NCBI GenBank assembly: GCA_009773735.1
Contig: WSYG01000004.1
Coordinates: 1,932 to 65,931 of the forward strand
Direction: 5' to 3'
DNA length: 64,000 nucleotides
DNA from: Erysipelotrichaceae bacterium
Lineage (GTDB): Bacteria > Bacillota_I > Bacilli_A > Erysipelotrichales > Erysipelotrichaceae
The translations under genes and the position numbers were made by a program. A model generated the notes under the pieces. That model saw only the letters and a list, made by a program, of their open reading frames with translations, was not told where the DNA came from and did not search any database. Within the stretch, counting starts at the first letter, position 1. Each line of letters begins with the position of its first letter. Below, piece by piece: positions 10,114-19,887 of this stretch.

Positions 10114-10435
10114 AGACTTTAATGAACTTTTCAATATCGACCACAAAGATGGTGGCTCCCCCAATACTGACTTCTAGTGGGAAAGAGGCATATCTTCCTA
10201 AATCGTAAGAAGCGGTGGAAGGAACGATTTCTGTTCTGGTTTGACTTTCTTTTTTGATGAGGTCGATACATGCATCAACACGATCATCATCTGTCCCAAT
10301 CAGGAAGGTCGTATTGCCTAGTTTTAGGAACCCGCCTGTTGTGGATAATTTTGTTACTGAATAGTTCGATTTGGTCAGTTGACTCTGTAATGTATGGCTG
10401 TCTTCATTGGATACAATCGCGATGATGAGTTTCAT
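10112..10435 (-). CDS. darA: Cyclic di-AMP receptor, PII-like (DarA/PstA, DUF970)
   Basis: MKLIIAIV, TKLSTTGGFLKLGNTTFLIG, GGATIFV. Confidence 0.92.
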   Translation of the reverse strand: MKLIIAIVSNEDSHTLQSQLTKSNYSVTKLSTTGGFLKLGNTTFLIGTDDDRVDACIDLIKKESQTRTEIVPSTASYDLGRYASFPLEVSIGGATIFVVDIEKFIKV

Positions 10436-10468
10436 AAAACCTCCTTGTATATCAATTATACAACAAAC

Positions 10469-11569
10469 CTATACGTTGAAGCGAAAATGCAAGATATCCC
10501 CGTCTTGAACCATATATTCCTTGCCTTCGATCCTTAATCTACCCGCATCTTTTACAGCTTGTTCAGTGCCATACTTCATGATGTCTTCATAATGATAAGC
10601 TTCGACTTTGATGAATCCTTTTTGGAAATCAGTATGAATGACCGCAGCACATTCAGGAGCTTTCATACCTTTTCTAAATGTCCATGCACGACATTCATCA
10701 GGACCTCCAGTTAAGAAAGACCATAGACCTAATAGATGATAAGTTGCCTTGATGATTTTATCGAGACCACTTTCTGTATAACCCAATTCTTCTAAGAAAA
10801 ATGCTTTTTCTTCATCCTCCATCTGTGAGAGTTCTTCTTCGATTTTCGCACATATGGCGATAACGTCACTGTTTTCAGATTCTGCAAACGCCTTTACAAT
10901 CTTATAATACGCATTGTTTTCTGGATCTTTGACTTCATCTTCAGACATATTGGCGATATAGATGACCGGTTTGGCAGTTAAAAGATGATAACTCTTTAAG
11001 ATTTCTTGTTCATTTTTATCTAAGGGTATTGTTCTTACTGAACGACCTGCCAATAAGACTTCATTGACTTTAGATAATAAAGCAAATTCAACCAAGCCAT
11101 CTTTATCTTTGGCTTTGGCTTTACGTTCTACTTTACCCAGTGATTTTTCTATGGATTGCTGATCGGCGATGATGAGTTCTAGATTGATGACTTCAATGTC
11201 GTTGAGGGGATCAATCGTCGCATGCACATGCGTAATGTTTGGATCATCAAAACACCTCACCACATGACATATCGCATCTACTTCTCGTATATGCGATAAA
11301 AACTGATTTCCCAGACCTTCTCCTTGAGAAGCTCCTTTGACCAGTCCTGCGATATCCGTGAATTCAAAAGTCGTATAAATGGTCTTCTTAGGTTTGAAGA
11401 TCTTAACTAAATCATCAACACGATGATCTTTGACTTCGACGACTCCGACATTGGGATTGATCGTGGCGAAGGGATAATTAGCGGCTTCCACTTGAGCGTG
11501 GGTGATCGCATTGAAGAGGGTAGATTTCCCTACGTTGGGCAATCCAACGATTCCGGCGGTTAGAGGCAT
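10469..11569 (-). CDS. ychF: Ribosome-binding ATPase YchF
   Basis: GIVGLPNVGKSTLFNA, ANYPFATI, DIAGLVKGAS, IHTDF, DGDILHFRFNV. Confidence 0.98.
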   Translation of the reverse strand: MPLTAGIVGLPNVGKSTLFNAITHAQVEAANYPFATINPNVGVVEVKDHRVDDLVKIFKPKKTIYTTFEFTDIAGLVKGASQGEGLGNQFLSHIREVDAICHVVRCFDDPNITHVHATIDPLNDIEVINLELIIADQQSIEKSLGKVERKAKAKDKDGLVEFALLSKVNEVLLAGRSVRTIPLDKNEQEILKSYHLLTAKPVIYIANMSEDEVKDPENNAYYKIVKAFAESENSDVIAICAKIEEELSQMEDEEKAFFLEELGYTESGLDKIIKATYHLLGLWSFLTGGPDECRAWTFRKGMKAPECAAVIHTDFQKGFIKVEAYHYEDIMKYGTEQAVKDAGRLRIEGKEYMVQDGDILHFRFNV

Positions 11570-11775
11570 TATTCGTGTGTCTCGCTTTCTGCTTTTTGGA
11601 CAATTTTCTTTAACTTCTTTTCAAAATCGCTGCGATCCAGCATAACTGCAGCACCACAGCCTAAACATTTGATCTTAATATCAGCCCCCATACGTATGAT
11701 CTTCCAGGTTTTGGCTTTATGACAGGGGTGTTCTTTCTTCATCTCAACGATGTCGTTTAAATCATAAAGAGCCAT
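11569..11775 (-). CDS. DUF951 family protein (YyzM-like)
   Basis: DIVEMKKEHPC...WKIIRMGADIKIKCLGCG; usual neighbour of ychF. Confidence 0.9.
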   Translation of the reverse strand: MALYDLNDIVEMKKEHPCHKAKTWKIIRMGADIKIKCLGCGAAVMLDRSDFEKKLKKIVQKAESETHE

Positions 11776-11777
11776 GT

Positions 11778-12638
11778 TTAGTTTCCGTTTCTTAAATGAT
11801 AAGCATCAATTGTATTTTGAAGTAAAGTGACAATGGTCATTGGACCAACTCCTTTAGGAACCGGTGAAATGGCTTTAACCAAATCCACCACGTTTTCAAA
11901 ATCAACGTCTCCTACCAATTTATCATCTACTTTATTGATTCCCACATCCACCACGACTGTTTTTTCGCTTAAGTAATCACGGGTAATCATTTTAGGTCTA
12001 CCGATGGCCGCAATCACAATGTCTGCCATACGTGTATGTTTAGGCATATCAACTGTCTTGGAGTGACATATGGTGACCGTACAGTTCTCGTTAGACAACA
12101 GTTGAGCCAATGGACGTCCTACCAACTGTGATCGTCCTAAGACGACCGCATGGGCTCCTTGTAGAGGAATATTGTATGTCTTTAGTAAAGTGACCACGCC
12201 TTTGGCTGTACAAGGTACAAAACCCTTCTCATTCATAACGAGTTTTGTGACGTTGACAGAATGTAAACCATCCACATCTTTATTCGGATCGATGGCTTCA
12301 ATCACTGCCTTCGCATCAAGACCCTTAGGTAAAGGCAGTTGAACCAAGATGCCATCGACTTGATCATCGTGATTGAGTTTTTCAACTTCTTCGATGACAG
12401 ACTCTAAAGTACTGTCTTCAGGCAACTGAATGATCTCGGATAAGAAACCAACTCGATTGCATGCTTTTGCTTTATTGGTCACATACGATAGAGAAGCTGG
12501 ATTGGTCCCAACTAAAATGACCACCAACTTAGGCAAACGTTGGTTTGCGACATTGATCAGATCGATCTGACTTTTAAGTAGATTCTCAATATCCAATGCG
12601 CACTGCTTACCATCGAGTAATATGGACATAGTTGTCAC
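11778..12638 (-). CDS. folD: Bifunctional methylene-THF dehydrogenase/cyclohydrolase
   Basis: GILVQLPLP, KDVDGLH, PCT, GRSQLVGRP, DVGIN, PVPKGVGPMT. Confidence 0.97.
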   Translation of the reverse strand: MTTMSILLDGKQCALDIENLLKSQIDLINVANQRLPKLVVILVGTNPASLSYVTNKAKACNRVGFLSEIIQLPEDSTLESVIEEVEKLNHDDQVDGILVQLPLPKGLDAKAVIEAIDPNKDVDGLHSVNVTKLVMNEKGFVPCTAKGVVTLLKTYNIPLQGAHAVVLGRSQLVGRPLAQLLSNENCTVTICHSKTVDMPKHTRMADIVIAAIGRPKMITRDYLSEKTVVVDVGINKVDDKLVGDVDFENVVDLVKAISPVPKGVGPMTIVTLLQNTIDAYHLRNGN

Positions 12639-13073
12639 CTAGCTTTCATAGAGGATACTGACAGGACCATCATTGATTTGATGGATCTCCATCAGGGCTC
12701 TGAATCTTCCTGTTTCGACATGTACTTTTTCACTTAATAAACGATTAAAGGATTCATACAACTTTTCTGCTTGAATGGGGTCCATGGCTTGTGACAACGA
12801 AGGACGATGTCCTTTAGACGTATCTGCCATCAACGTAAATTGTGATATCGATAAGAGCGATCCCCCAACATCCATCACCGACAGATTCATTTTACCTTGA
12901 TCATCCTCAAAAAGTCGGGCCAAAGGAATTCTACTGGCCATCTTGATGACGTGATCAAGTGTATCGTCTGTGGAAAACCCCACATATAATACACAACCTG
13001 TCCCAATCTGTCCAACAGTCACTCCATTAACATAAACTTTAGCTTCTTTTACTTTTTGAACAAGGACCTTCAT
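12639..13073 (-). CDS. dtd: D-aminoacyl-tRNA deacylase
   Basis: SQFTL, KGHRPS, NDGPV motifs. Confidence 0.95.
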   Translation of the reverse strand: MKVLVQKVKEAKVYVNGVTVGQIGTGCVLYVGFSTDDTLDHVIKMASRIPLARLFEDDQGKMNLSVMDVGGSLLSISQFTLMADTSKGHRPSLSQAMDPIQAEKLYESFNRLLSEKVHVETGRFRALMEIHQINDGPVSILYES

Positions 13074-13126
13074 ACTTTCATTTTACTCTACTCTTGGATT
13101 TGTTAGAATAGGAATGAGGTATTTTA

Positions 13127-14380
13127 ATGAAACAACCTTTGGCTTATCGCTTACGCCCACAATCTTTAGATGAAGTTCTTGGTCAAAACCAACTTCTAAA
13201 CGATAAAGGATTACTAAAACGCTGTATTTTAGAAAAGCGACTTTTCTCGATGATCTTTTTTGGACCTCCAGGATCAGGTAAAACAACGGTCGCAGCCATC
13301 TTAGCGAAAGCTGTGGATTTGCCTTTAAAGGATTTCAATGCGGTAACCGGCAATAAGAAAGATCTGGATGAGATATTTTCAGAGTCTAAGATTGCGGGAC
13401 AACTGGTCGTGGTGATCGATGAAGTCCATCGTTTAAACAAAGATAAACAAGATTTATTATTGCCTTATGTGGAAGACGGGAAGATCATCATGATTGGACT
13501 GACCACTACCAATCCTTACTTCTCAATCAATCCTGCGATAAGATCACGATGTATTTTAGTAGAATTCAAAGCGTTAAGCGATGAAGAAATGATCCAAGCC
13601 ATTGATCAAGCACTACTTCATCCTAAAGCTGATCTTAAGGGAATACAGGTCAACAGCGAGGTCAAAGAAGCTTTGGTTAAGATGTCTAACGGAGATGTGA
13701 GAATCGCTTTAAACACCCTGGAAGTGCTCAGTATCGTATATCCTGAACAAGTGATCACACCCAGTGATCTACAAACACTTCATTTATCAGCCAATCAGAA
13801 TTTTGATTCAGGAGATGATGGTTATTATGATGCGTTAAGTGCATTTCAAAAGTCGATCAGAGGATCAGATGTCGATGGGGCACTTTATTATTTAGCCAGA
13901 TTGATTGTTGCAGAAGATCTTGATTCGATCGAAAGACGACTTTTGGTGACTGCTTATGAAGATATTGGATTAGCCAATCCAGCTTTAGTGGGCAGAACTT
14001 TAGCAGCGATCGATACCGCAAGACGAGTAGGTTTTCCTGAAGCCATCATTCCACTAGGTGACATCGTCATCGATCTAACATTGTCCCCGAAATCTAAGAG
14101 TGGTGTCAATGCGATCTCAAAGGCACTTGATGAGGTTAGAAATCATCCTTTATCAGTACCACCTTATTTACGTTTGACTCCAGTCAATATGGAAGATGAT
14201 GATAAGTATGACTATGGAAGACCTGACATATGGGCCAAGATCCAATACTTACCGGATGGGGTACAAAATCTTCCTTTCTATCAGCCCAATGAAAGTTCAC
14301 CTTATGAGAATACACTCAAACACAATCTAGATGAGTTGAATAAAATCAAACGCACTAAAGACATCAAGTCATTGAAATAA
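13127..14380 (+). CDS. rarA: Replication-associated recombination AAA+ ATPase RarA/MgsA
   Basis: PLAYRLRP, GPPGSGKTT, IDEVHR, SAFQKSIRGSD, EDIGLANP. Confidence 0.96.
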   Translation: MKQPLAYRLRPQSLDEVLGQNQLLNDKGLLKRCILEKRLFSMIFFGPPGSGKTTVAAILAKAVDLPLKDFNAVTGNKKDLDEIFSESKIAGQLVVVIDEVHRLNKDKQDLLLPYVEDGKIIMIGLTTTNPYFSINPAIRSRCILVEFKALSDEEMIQAIDQALLHPKADLKGIQVNSEVKEALVKMSNGDVRIALNTLEVLSIVYPEQVITPSDLQTLHLSANQNFDSGDDGYYDALSAFQKSIRGSDVDGALYYLARLIVAEDLDSIERRLLVTAYEDIGLANPALVGRTLAAIDTARRVGFPEAIIPLGDIVIDLTLSPKSKSGVNAISKALDEVRNHPLSVPPYLRLTPVNMEDDDKYDYGRPDIWAKIQYLPDGVQNLPFYQPNESSPYENTLKHNLDELNKIKRTKDIKSLK

Positions 14381-14404
14381 GAAATCCAATACTGGGTTTC
14401 TTTT
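14380..14404 (+). terminator. Intrinsic terminator after rarA
   Basis: AGAAATCCA-ATAC-TGGGTTTCT followed by a T run. Confidence 0.6.
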
Positions 14405-14417
14405 CTAGATAATATAT

Positions 14418-14469
14418 ATTGATATGAATCGATAGTTAAGATACAATATATACATCGACAACTATCGAT
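14418..14469 (+). promoter_or_regulatory. ars promoter with two ArsR operator boxes
   Basis: -35 TTGATA (14419-14424), 17 nt, -10 TACAAT (14442-14447). Palindromes ATTGA-N6-TCGAT (14418-14433) and ATCGA-N6-TCGAT (14454-14469). Confidence 0.75.
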
Positions 14470-14481
14470 ACATGGAGCTTT

Positions 14482-14796
14482 ATGGAACTCAATCTTACTC
14501 AGCAAGTCAATCTTTATAAAACCTTTTGCGATGAACAACGTTTGCAGATCATTGATCAACTCACCTATGGGGAAAGATGTGCCTGTGATCTTTTGGATAA
14601 ACTCAACATTGGGCAATCTACCCTGTCTCATCATATGCATCTCTTGGTTGAAAGCGGACTTGTACAAGCGCGTAGAGAAAGTAAATGGACCTACTACACC
14701 CTTAATGAATTGGTATGTACACAGGCCTTGAATCAGCTTAAACTCACGATGACCAAGAAAACTGATCAAGCCACAAACTGTGATTGTGAGAACTAA
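14482..14796 (+). CDS. arsR: ArsR/SmtB family repressor
   Basis: ERCACDL metal-site motif, QSTLSHH HTH, C-terminal CDC. Confidence 0.92.
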   Translation: MELNLTQQVNLYKTFCDEQRLQIIDQLTYGERCACDLLDKLNIGQSTLSHHMHLLVESGLVQARRESKWTYYTLNELVCTQALNQLKLTMTKKTDQATNCDCEN

Positions 14797-14799
14797 AGT

Positions 14800-15846
14800 A
14801 TGAAATCTACACAAATCGAAGGCATCAATTTCTTTCAGAAGTATCTGACTTTATGGGTTGCCTTATGTATGGCGTTGGGTGTATTTATTGGCCAAAGTTT
14901 TCCTGCCTTTGTATCCTTTTTTAATCAGTTTGAGTTTGCGAATATTTCTATTCCGATCGCCATCTTGATTTGGGTCATGATTTATCCCATGATGATGAAG
15001 GTTGATTTCCAAAGCATCAAAGATGTGGGGAAGAATCCTAAAGGATTATATGTGACTTGGGTCGTCAATTGGATCATCAAACCTTTCACGATGTTTGCGA
15101 TTGCAGCATTTTTCTTATCCAGTGTGTTTGGTCAATGGATCACTCCTGATTTGGCTCAACAATACTTAGCTGGAGCCATTCTATTAGGGGCTGCACCGTG
15201 TACTGCCATGGTGTTTGTTTGGAGTACCTTAACCAAAGGAAATCCTGCTTATACCGTTATACAAGTTGCTACAAATGATTTGATTATTCTGATTGCTTTT
15301 GTTCCACTTGTTAAATTTCTACTGGGTGTCAGTCAAGTGAGTGTTCCTTGGGATACTTTGATTTTATCGGTTGTCTTGTTTGTGGTCATTCCTTTAACAG
15401 CAGGTATATTGACCAGAGTCTTTATGATCAAACGAATAGGCCTAGAATCTTTCAATCAAAATTTCTTGCCTAAGTTTGATAATATGACAGTCATCGGACT
15501 CTTATTGACTTTGATTTTACTGTTTTCCTTTCAAGGTGAAGTCATTCTACAAAATCCTTTCCACATCCTATTGATTGCAGTTCCTTTGGTGATTCAAACC
15601 TTCCTCATCTTCTTTATTGCTTATTTCGCAAGTAAATGGTTGAAGTTGCCTCATGATATCGCAGCACCAGCTGGTATGATCGGTGCTTCTAATTTCTTTG
15701 AATTGTCGGTTGCGGTTGCAATCGCTTTGTTTGGGACAACATCGCCAGCTGTATTAGCCACTGTTGTGGGGGTATTGACAGAAGTACCAGTCATGTTAAT
15801 ATTGGTGAAGATTGCCAACAATACAAAACATTGGTTTACCACATAA
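14800..15846 (+). CDS. acr3: ACR3 family arsenite efflux transporter
   Basis: MIYPMM, NWIIKPF, APCTAMVFVW, ASNFFELSVAVA, EVPVML. Confidence 0.96.
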   Translation: MKSTQIEGINFFQKYLTLWVALCMALGVFIGQSFPAFVSFFNQFEFANISIPIAILIWVMIYPMMMKVDFQSIKDVGKNPKGLYVTWVVNWIIKPFTMFAIAAFFLSSVFGQWITPDLAQQYLAGAILLGAAPCTAMVFVWSTLTKGNPAYTVIQVATNDLIILIAFVPLVKFLLGVSQVSVPWDTLILSVVLFVVIPLTAGILTRVFMIKRIGLESFNQNFLPKFDNMTVIGLLLTLILLFSFQGEVILQNPFHILLIAVPLVIQTFLIFFIAYFASKWLKLPHDIAAPAGMIGASNFFELSVAVAIALFGTTSPAVLATVVGVLTEVPVMLILVKIANNTKHWFTT

Positions 15847-15874
15847 ACAAGATCGAAAGATCCAAGGAGAAAAC

Positions 15875-16312
15875 GTGAAAAAAGTATTGTTTATCTGTAT
15901 TCATAATTCCGCAAGAAGCCAAATGGCAGAAGCCTTCCTTAATCGTTTGGGAGAAGGCAAATATGTGGCTGAAAGTGCCGGTCTAGAACCTGGTAACTTA
16001 AATCCTTTTGTGGTTGAAGTCATGAAAGAAATTGGTTATGACATCAGTCAGAATCTTACCAAATCTGTGTTTGATTTTCATCAAGCCGGGAAAAAATATG
16101 ACTATGTCGTCAAAGTCTGTGATGCGATGAGCGGTCAACAATGCCCCATCTTCCCAGGTGCTTTGCTAACCCTTAACTGGAATCTGGAAGATCCTTCTTC
16201 ACTCTTTGGAACTCACGAGGAAAGATTAGTTAGAACAAGAAGGATTCGTGATCTTGTCTTAGAAAAGGTCAATCAATTCTTAATAGACCCTAGTAGTAGT
16301 GAACAAAAATAA
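15875..16312 (+). CDS. arsC: Arsenate reductase, thioredoxin-coupled LMW-PTP type
   Basis: CIHNSARSQMAE P-loop, VCD...CPIFPG, EDPS. Start moved to GTG 15875 after AAGGAG. Confidence 0.92.
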   Translation: MKKVLFICIHNSARSQMAEAFLNRLGEGKYVAESAGLEPGNLNPFVVEVMKEIGYDISQNLTKSVFDFHQAGKKYDYVVKVCDAMSGQQCPIFPGALLTLNWNLEDPSSLFGTHEERLVRTRRIRDLVLEKVNQFLIDPSSSEQK

Positions 16313-16345
16313 ACTGGCATATTTACCATTACTTTAAGCTAACTA

Positions 16346-16367
16346 AAAGGTCCAAAATTGGACCTTT
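16346..16367. terminator. Terminator between convergent arsC and DUF4097 genes
   Basis: AAAGGTCCAA / TTGGACCTTT inverted repeat. Confidence 0.65.
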
Positions 16368-16370
16368 GTC

Positions 16371-17402
16371 TTATTCTATTTCGAAATCTCCACTGATGCT
16401 TTTTAGATTAACTTTTGATGTACCATCACCGATGGTAATGGTTTGATTGTGTCGTGGTGTGTCATATTCTGCATCGCCAATGCTGAGTGAACCGCTATTG
16501 GAGATGAAGGCAATTGAGAAACCTTTATTTGCGATGTCCAATTCTAGTTCATAGTCACCACTGACGGTATTGATATTCAAGGCTTCAATGTCTGAAGCTT
16601 TTAAGCTTCCATCACCTGAAGTCGTGTTGACCCGCATTTGTTTCGCGGTTCCGTCATATTCAATGTCTCCACTCACGGTTTCGATGTTGCACGCATCCCC
16701 AACATGTTCAAAGATATTGATGTCTCCGCTTACAGTTTTGATTTGTATGTCTCCAGTAACTTTGGTAAAATCGATGTCGCTGGATACCCCAACAACTTTG
16801 ATCGCTTTCGCTTTAAGGTCATCCACACCGATATCTCCGCTCATACTATGAATATCCAAATGCTCCACAACAAAATCATCGATCCTAATGTCTCCACTAG
16901 CAGTCTTACACACCAATTCTATTAAATTCTTAGGCAACAAGAGATTTAGATCAATCGGATCAACGTTGTGCCAAAACAATCGATTTGCGTTTGTGACTGC
17001 AACCAATAGGGTATTACCTTCTTGTCTGGTTGTTACATCGGTTGATAATTTACCTAGGATACGTTTTGAGACTTCATAATCGATGTGAGTTTGATCATCT
17101 TGAGATGCAATGATGGTGACATTCGCATGTACCCCATCTATGATGACGCGTTCTATTTTTGTATTAAATGTTTTTCTGAAATCATGGGTGTCTTGTCTTT
17201 GTGTTTCTAATCGTTTCAAGTCTAATGATTGAACCAAATCATCAACAGGTCCTAATGAATCTATGATGTCTTTCTCTGATTTTCCTTCACTGAGACCGAT
17301 ATCAAAATGTTCTTTGAAATCAGCCATCAGTTCATCTTTATCTTGCGGATCTAAAGCATCCAAAGCTTCTTCTAATTGCTTTAAGTAATCTTTCTGTGTC
17401 AT
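16371..17402 (-). CDS. DUF1700 (HAAS) + DUF4097 beta-strand-repeat protein
   Basis: N-terminal YLKQL...EHFDIG...SEKDII.SLG; repeated TxSGD(I) beta motifs. Confidence 0.85.
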   Translation of the reverse strand: MTQKDYLKQLEEALDALDPQDKDELMADFKEHFDIGLSEGKSEKDIIDSLGPVDDLVQSLDLKRLETQRQDTHDFRKTFNTKIERVIIDGVHANVTIIASQDDQTHIDYEVSKRILGKLSTDVTTRQEGNTLLVAVTNANRLFWHNVDPIDLNLLLPKNLIELVCKTASGDIRIDDFVVEHLDIHSMSGDIGVDDLKAKAIKVVGVSSDIDFTKVTGDIQIKTVSGDINIFEHVGDACNIETVSGDIEYDGTAKQMRVNTTSGDGSLKASDIEALNINTVSGDYELELDIANKGFSIAFISNSGSLSIGDAEYDTPRHNQTITIGDGTSKVNLKSISGDFEIE

Positions 17403-17415
17403 GATGGTCCCCTTT

Positions 17416-17721
17416 CTATTGGATCAATCGATCGACTTGCTGAATGAAATCCAACCAGCCATGTTTTAATGCTTGAGTGTAATCTAAACCTTTTGTGGTC
17501 AGCTTATAGTACTTACGGGCTGGTCCTTCCGCGGTTTCAACCAAATAGGTTTCTACATACTGTTCATCTTTAAGACGTCTCAGCAACAAATACAAAGTTC
17601 CGCTGGCAACACTCATTTCCTGAGAAATAGTTTCTGTCAATTCGTAACCGTATTGTTCAGCTTTGGCCAATTGAGCCAACACACAGAGTTCCAACACGCC
17701 TTTTTTAAATTGTGCATTCAT
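17416..17721 (-). CDS. PadR family transcriptional regulator
   Basis: QFKKGVLELCVL, YGYEL, GTLY..L.RL, GPARKYY.LT..G. Confidence 0.95.
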   Translation of the reverse strand: MNAQFKKGVLELCVLAQLAKAEQYGYELTETISQEMSVASGTLYLLLRRLKDEQYVETYLVETAEGPARKYYKLTTKGLDYTQALKHGWLDFIQQVDRLIQ

Positions 17722-17806
17722 AGGTTTTTCTCCTTATGCGATAAATATATCACTATGTATGTAGTAATGCAATATATATTGTTTAATATTTCAAATAAAA
17801 ACAGCT

Positions 17807-18706
17807 TTAAGGCTGTTTTGTTGGATCTGGTTTATATTGTGGATTAAAGGGTTCTAAGTGTGTGATGACTTGAACCATGGATTCTTCGAAATGATCTTGG
17901 AGTACCCTTTCAATCGTATGAGATAAATAATGGGCATCGATAAGACTCACTTGCGCATCAGTCAAAACATGAAGATCGATGAACAAATTGGACAAGGTAC
18001 CTCGTGATCGAACATGATGAACCCCTTTTACTTCAGGTAAACGCAAGACGACTTCTGTGATGATTGCTTCATCAACAACTTTAGAGTCAAGTAAAATAGC
18101 ACTGGCCATCTTAAAGATCTCATAGGCTGCAAATAAGATCACCCCTGCGACAACTAAAGAAACTAAAGGGTCAATCCAAATAGGTAAACCAAGTTTAATT
18201 AAAACAAGGGATAAAATAACGCCTAAAGTAACAAACACATCACTACGTGTATGCATCGCATCACTTATAAGTAGAGTTGAATGAAGTTTCTTGCCTTGTT
18301 TATATTCATAGGTCGTCACAAACAAATTGATGACTAACGTTGAAATCATAACCACAAAGGTAATGACATCGATGGTAGGAACAACAGGATTATAAAACTT
18401 TGAGATGGCTTCACTGATGATTTGAAAACTTAAGAAGAAAAGCATCCCGACGATGAGTAAAGAGCTTAGGGTCTCATATTTACCATGACCATATGGATGA
18501 TCTTCATCAACAGGACGACTCGCTAAAGACATCCCAACCAGTCCTATGACATTACTGGATCCATCGGTCAGTGAATGATATCCATCTGCCAAGATTGAAG
18601 CAGAATTGCTTAGTGCTCCAAGTCCGATTTTTGCGAACGCTACCGCTAAATTCGCAAACAAGATGACCCAAAGAATACGTTTGATTGATTTAACGGATAT
18701 AGGCAT
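17807..18706 (-). CDS. Cation diffusion facilitator metal exporter (CzcD/FieF-like)
   Basis: ADGYHSLTD, HPYGHGKYE, DAMHTRSD, THLEP. Start moved to ATG 18706 after AAGGAG; the extra N-terminus in the track overlaps the riboswitch terminator. Confidence 0.93.
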   Translation of the reverse strand: MPISVKSIKRILWVILFANLAVAFAKIGLGALSNSASILADGYHSLTDGSSNVIGLVGMSLASRPVDEDHPYGHGKYETLSSLLIVGMLFFLSFQIISEAISKFYNPVVPTIDVITFVVMISTLVINLFVTTYEYKQGKKLHSTLLISDAMHTRSDVFVTLGVILSLVLIKLGLPIWIDPLVSLVVAGVILFAAYEIFKMASAILLDSKVVDEAIITEVVLRLPEVKGVHHVRSRGTLSNLFIDLHVLTDAQVSLIDAHYLSHTIERVLQDHFEESMVQVITHLEPFNPQYKPDPTKQP

Positions 18707-18727
18707 ATTTTTTCTCCTTGAGGGTAT

Positions 18728-18830
18728 AAAAAACCCACGAAACACATTCTGTCCCGTGGATCACTTGATTTTCCACTGCCTTAACGGCCCAGCCCCACAA
18801 ACCTTATCGGTTCATCGCCTGCTCAGTATG
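18728..18830 (-). ncRNA. NiCo (czcD) riboswitch with overlapping intrinsic terminator
   Basis: Minus strand CATACTGAGCAGGC...GCTGGGCC...CACGGGACAGAATG matches the conserved CUGAGCAGGC...GGGC...GGGACAG NiCo core as recalled. Terminator stem CCACGGGAC/GTTTCGTGG plus T6 (18728-18759) overlaps the aptamer 3' side. Lies directly upstream of a CDF gene. Confidence 0.88.
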
Positions 18831-18833
18831 CCT

Positions 18834-18862
18834 ATTTTAGCGTTTGAACAGAAATTTGTCAA
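18834..18862 (-). promoter_or_regulatory. Sigma-A promoter of riboswitch-CDF transcript
   Basis: TTGACA-17 nt-TAAAAT, ending just before the aptamer 5' end. Confidence 0.8.
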
Positions 18863-18882
18863 ATGAGTAATGAATATCACGT

Positions 18883-19821
18883 TTATTCAATCATTCCCAG
18901 TAAGATTTCATTGAAATCAGTTTCGGTTTCGTGTGGTGTATGTCCAGCTTCATCAAACACATAAGTTTCAGAAACTTCAACTGTATCTTCAATGATCTGC
19001 ATGTTTTCAACAGGGACCCATGTATCTTTTTTACCCCATATCAAATTGATCTTAAGATTGAGATTTTTTACTTCTTCAATGGTCACATTCTTTGATGTCT
19101 TTAAGAATTGAAGTAGGCCATCGATGGTTCCTTTGGTTAATACTGGTTTTAGATATCCGTCCACTGCTTCTTGAGGAACCTCTTTTTGATACACATCCTT
19201 CAATAAATTCTTAAAGTTCTTCTCATTCAACATAAAATAACGCAATGCTACTTTTAACCATGCCCCAACAGGTGTTCCCATTAAAAAAGCAGTAGAGTTA
19301 GATCCTTGATTAACAGCCCCTGCAATCATTGTGATGTCGATGATCTTGGATTGATTTTGTAAAGCCATCGCCAAAGTCGTAGATGCCCCCATGGAGTGAC
19401 CCACAAGATGCCAATTACTTTGACTGCTATGTTGAATATCAAAATCATCCAACATTTCCCACAAGAATTTCGCAAAATTCTCTTGAGTGTACTTTAAATG
19501 AGAGGGTTTATCACTATAACCAAAACCAGGCAAATCAACTGCGATCACGGTATACCCTTGTTCACTCAAAAATGACATGTTATTTCGATAAGAAAATGTT
19601 GAAGCCATTAATCCATGAATCAATAAGATCTTTCCTTTTTCTTCTCCTTGGGCATATGTTACTTGGGCATGAAGTCTTAATCCACTTTCAGTCGTAAAAA
19701 ATACCGAATTCTCATAAGGTTTTTCTGGTGCTTTCGTTGAATAATCCGTAGGAATAAAATACGGAATGATCAACAAGAATATAACGATAATAAGTAAGCC
19801 TTTTAGTATTTTCTTGATCAT
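18883..19821 (-). CDS. Alpha/beta-fold serine hydrolase with N-terminal membrane anchor
   Basis: Hydrophobic N-terminus; IHGL oxyanion motif, DLPGFGYS, GHSMG nucleophile elbow, WGKKD, AGHTPH. Confidence 0.9.
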   Translation of the reverse strand: MIKKILKGLLIIVIFLLIIPYFIPTDYSTKAPEKPYENSVFFTTESGLRLHAQVTYAQGEEKGKILLIHGLMASTFSYRNNMSFLSEQGYTVIAVDLPGFGYSDKPSHLKYTQENFAKFLWEMLDDFDIQHSSQSNWHLVGHSMGASTTLAMALQNQSKIIDITMIAGAVNQGSNSTAFLMGTPVGAWLKVALRYFMLNEKNFKNLLKDVYQKEVPQEAVDGYLKPVLTKGTIDGLLQFLKTSKNVTIEEVKNLNLKINLIWGKKDTWVPVENMQIIEDTVEVSETYVFDEAGHTPHETETDFNEILLGMIE

Positions 19822-19887
19822 GCATCTTATTTATACCTTAAGAGCAATCTAAAATCAAAACGAACGCTTTTTAGGTATAATATTCTC

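Noticed and set aside
13083..13440. Short minus-strand ORFs over the rarA 5' end, and the many similar 60-125 aa ORFs in the track
   Set aside because: They overlap well-supported genes on the opposite strand or in another frame, with no SD or family signal; treated as shadow ORFs.
14302..14814. 170-aa minus-strand ORF
   Set aside because: Antisense to arsR, its promoter and the rarA 3' end; no recognisable motif.
17750..17770. ACTA-N6-TAGT palindrome as a PadR operator
   Set aside because: Only 4-bp arms in AT-rich DNA; plausible but unsupported.
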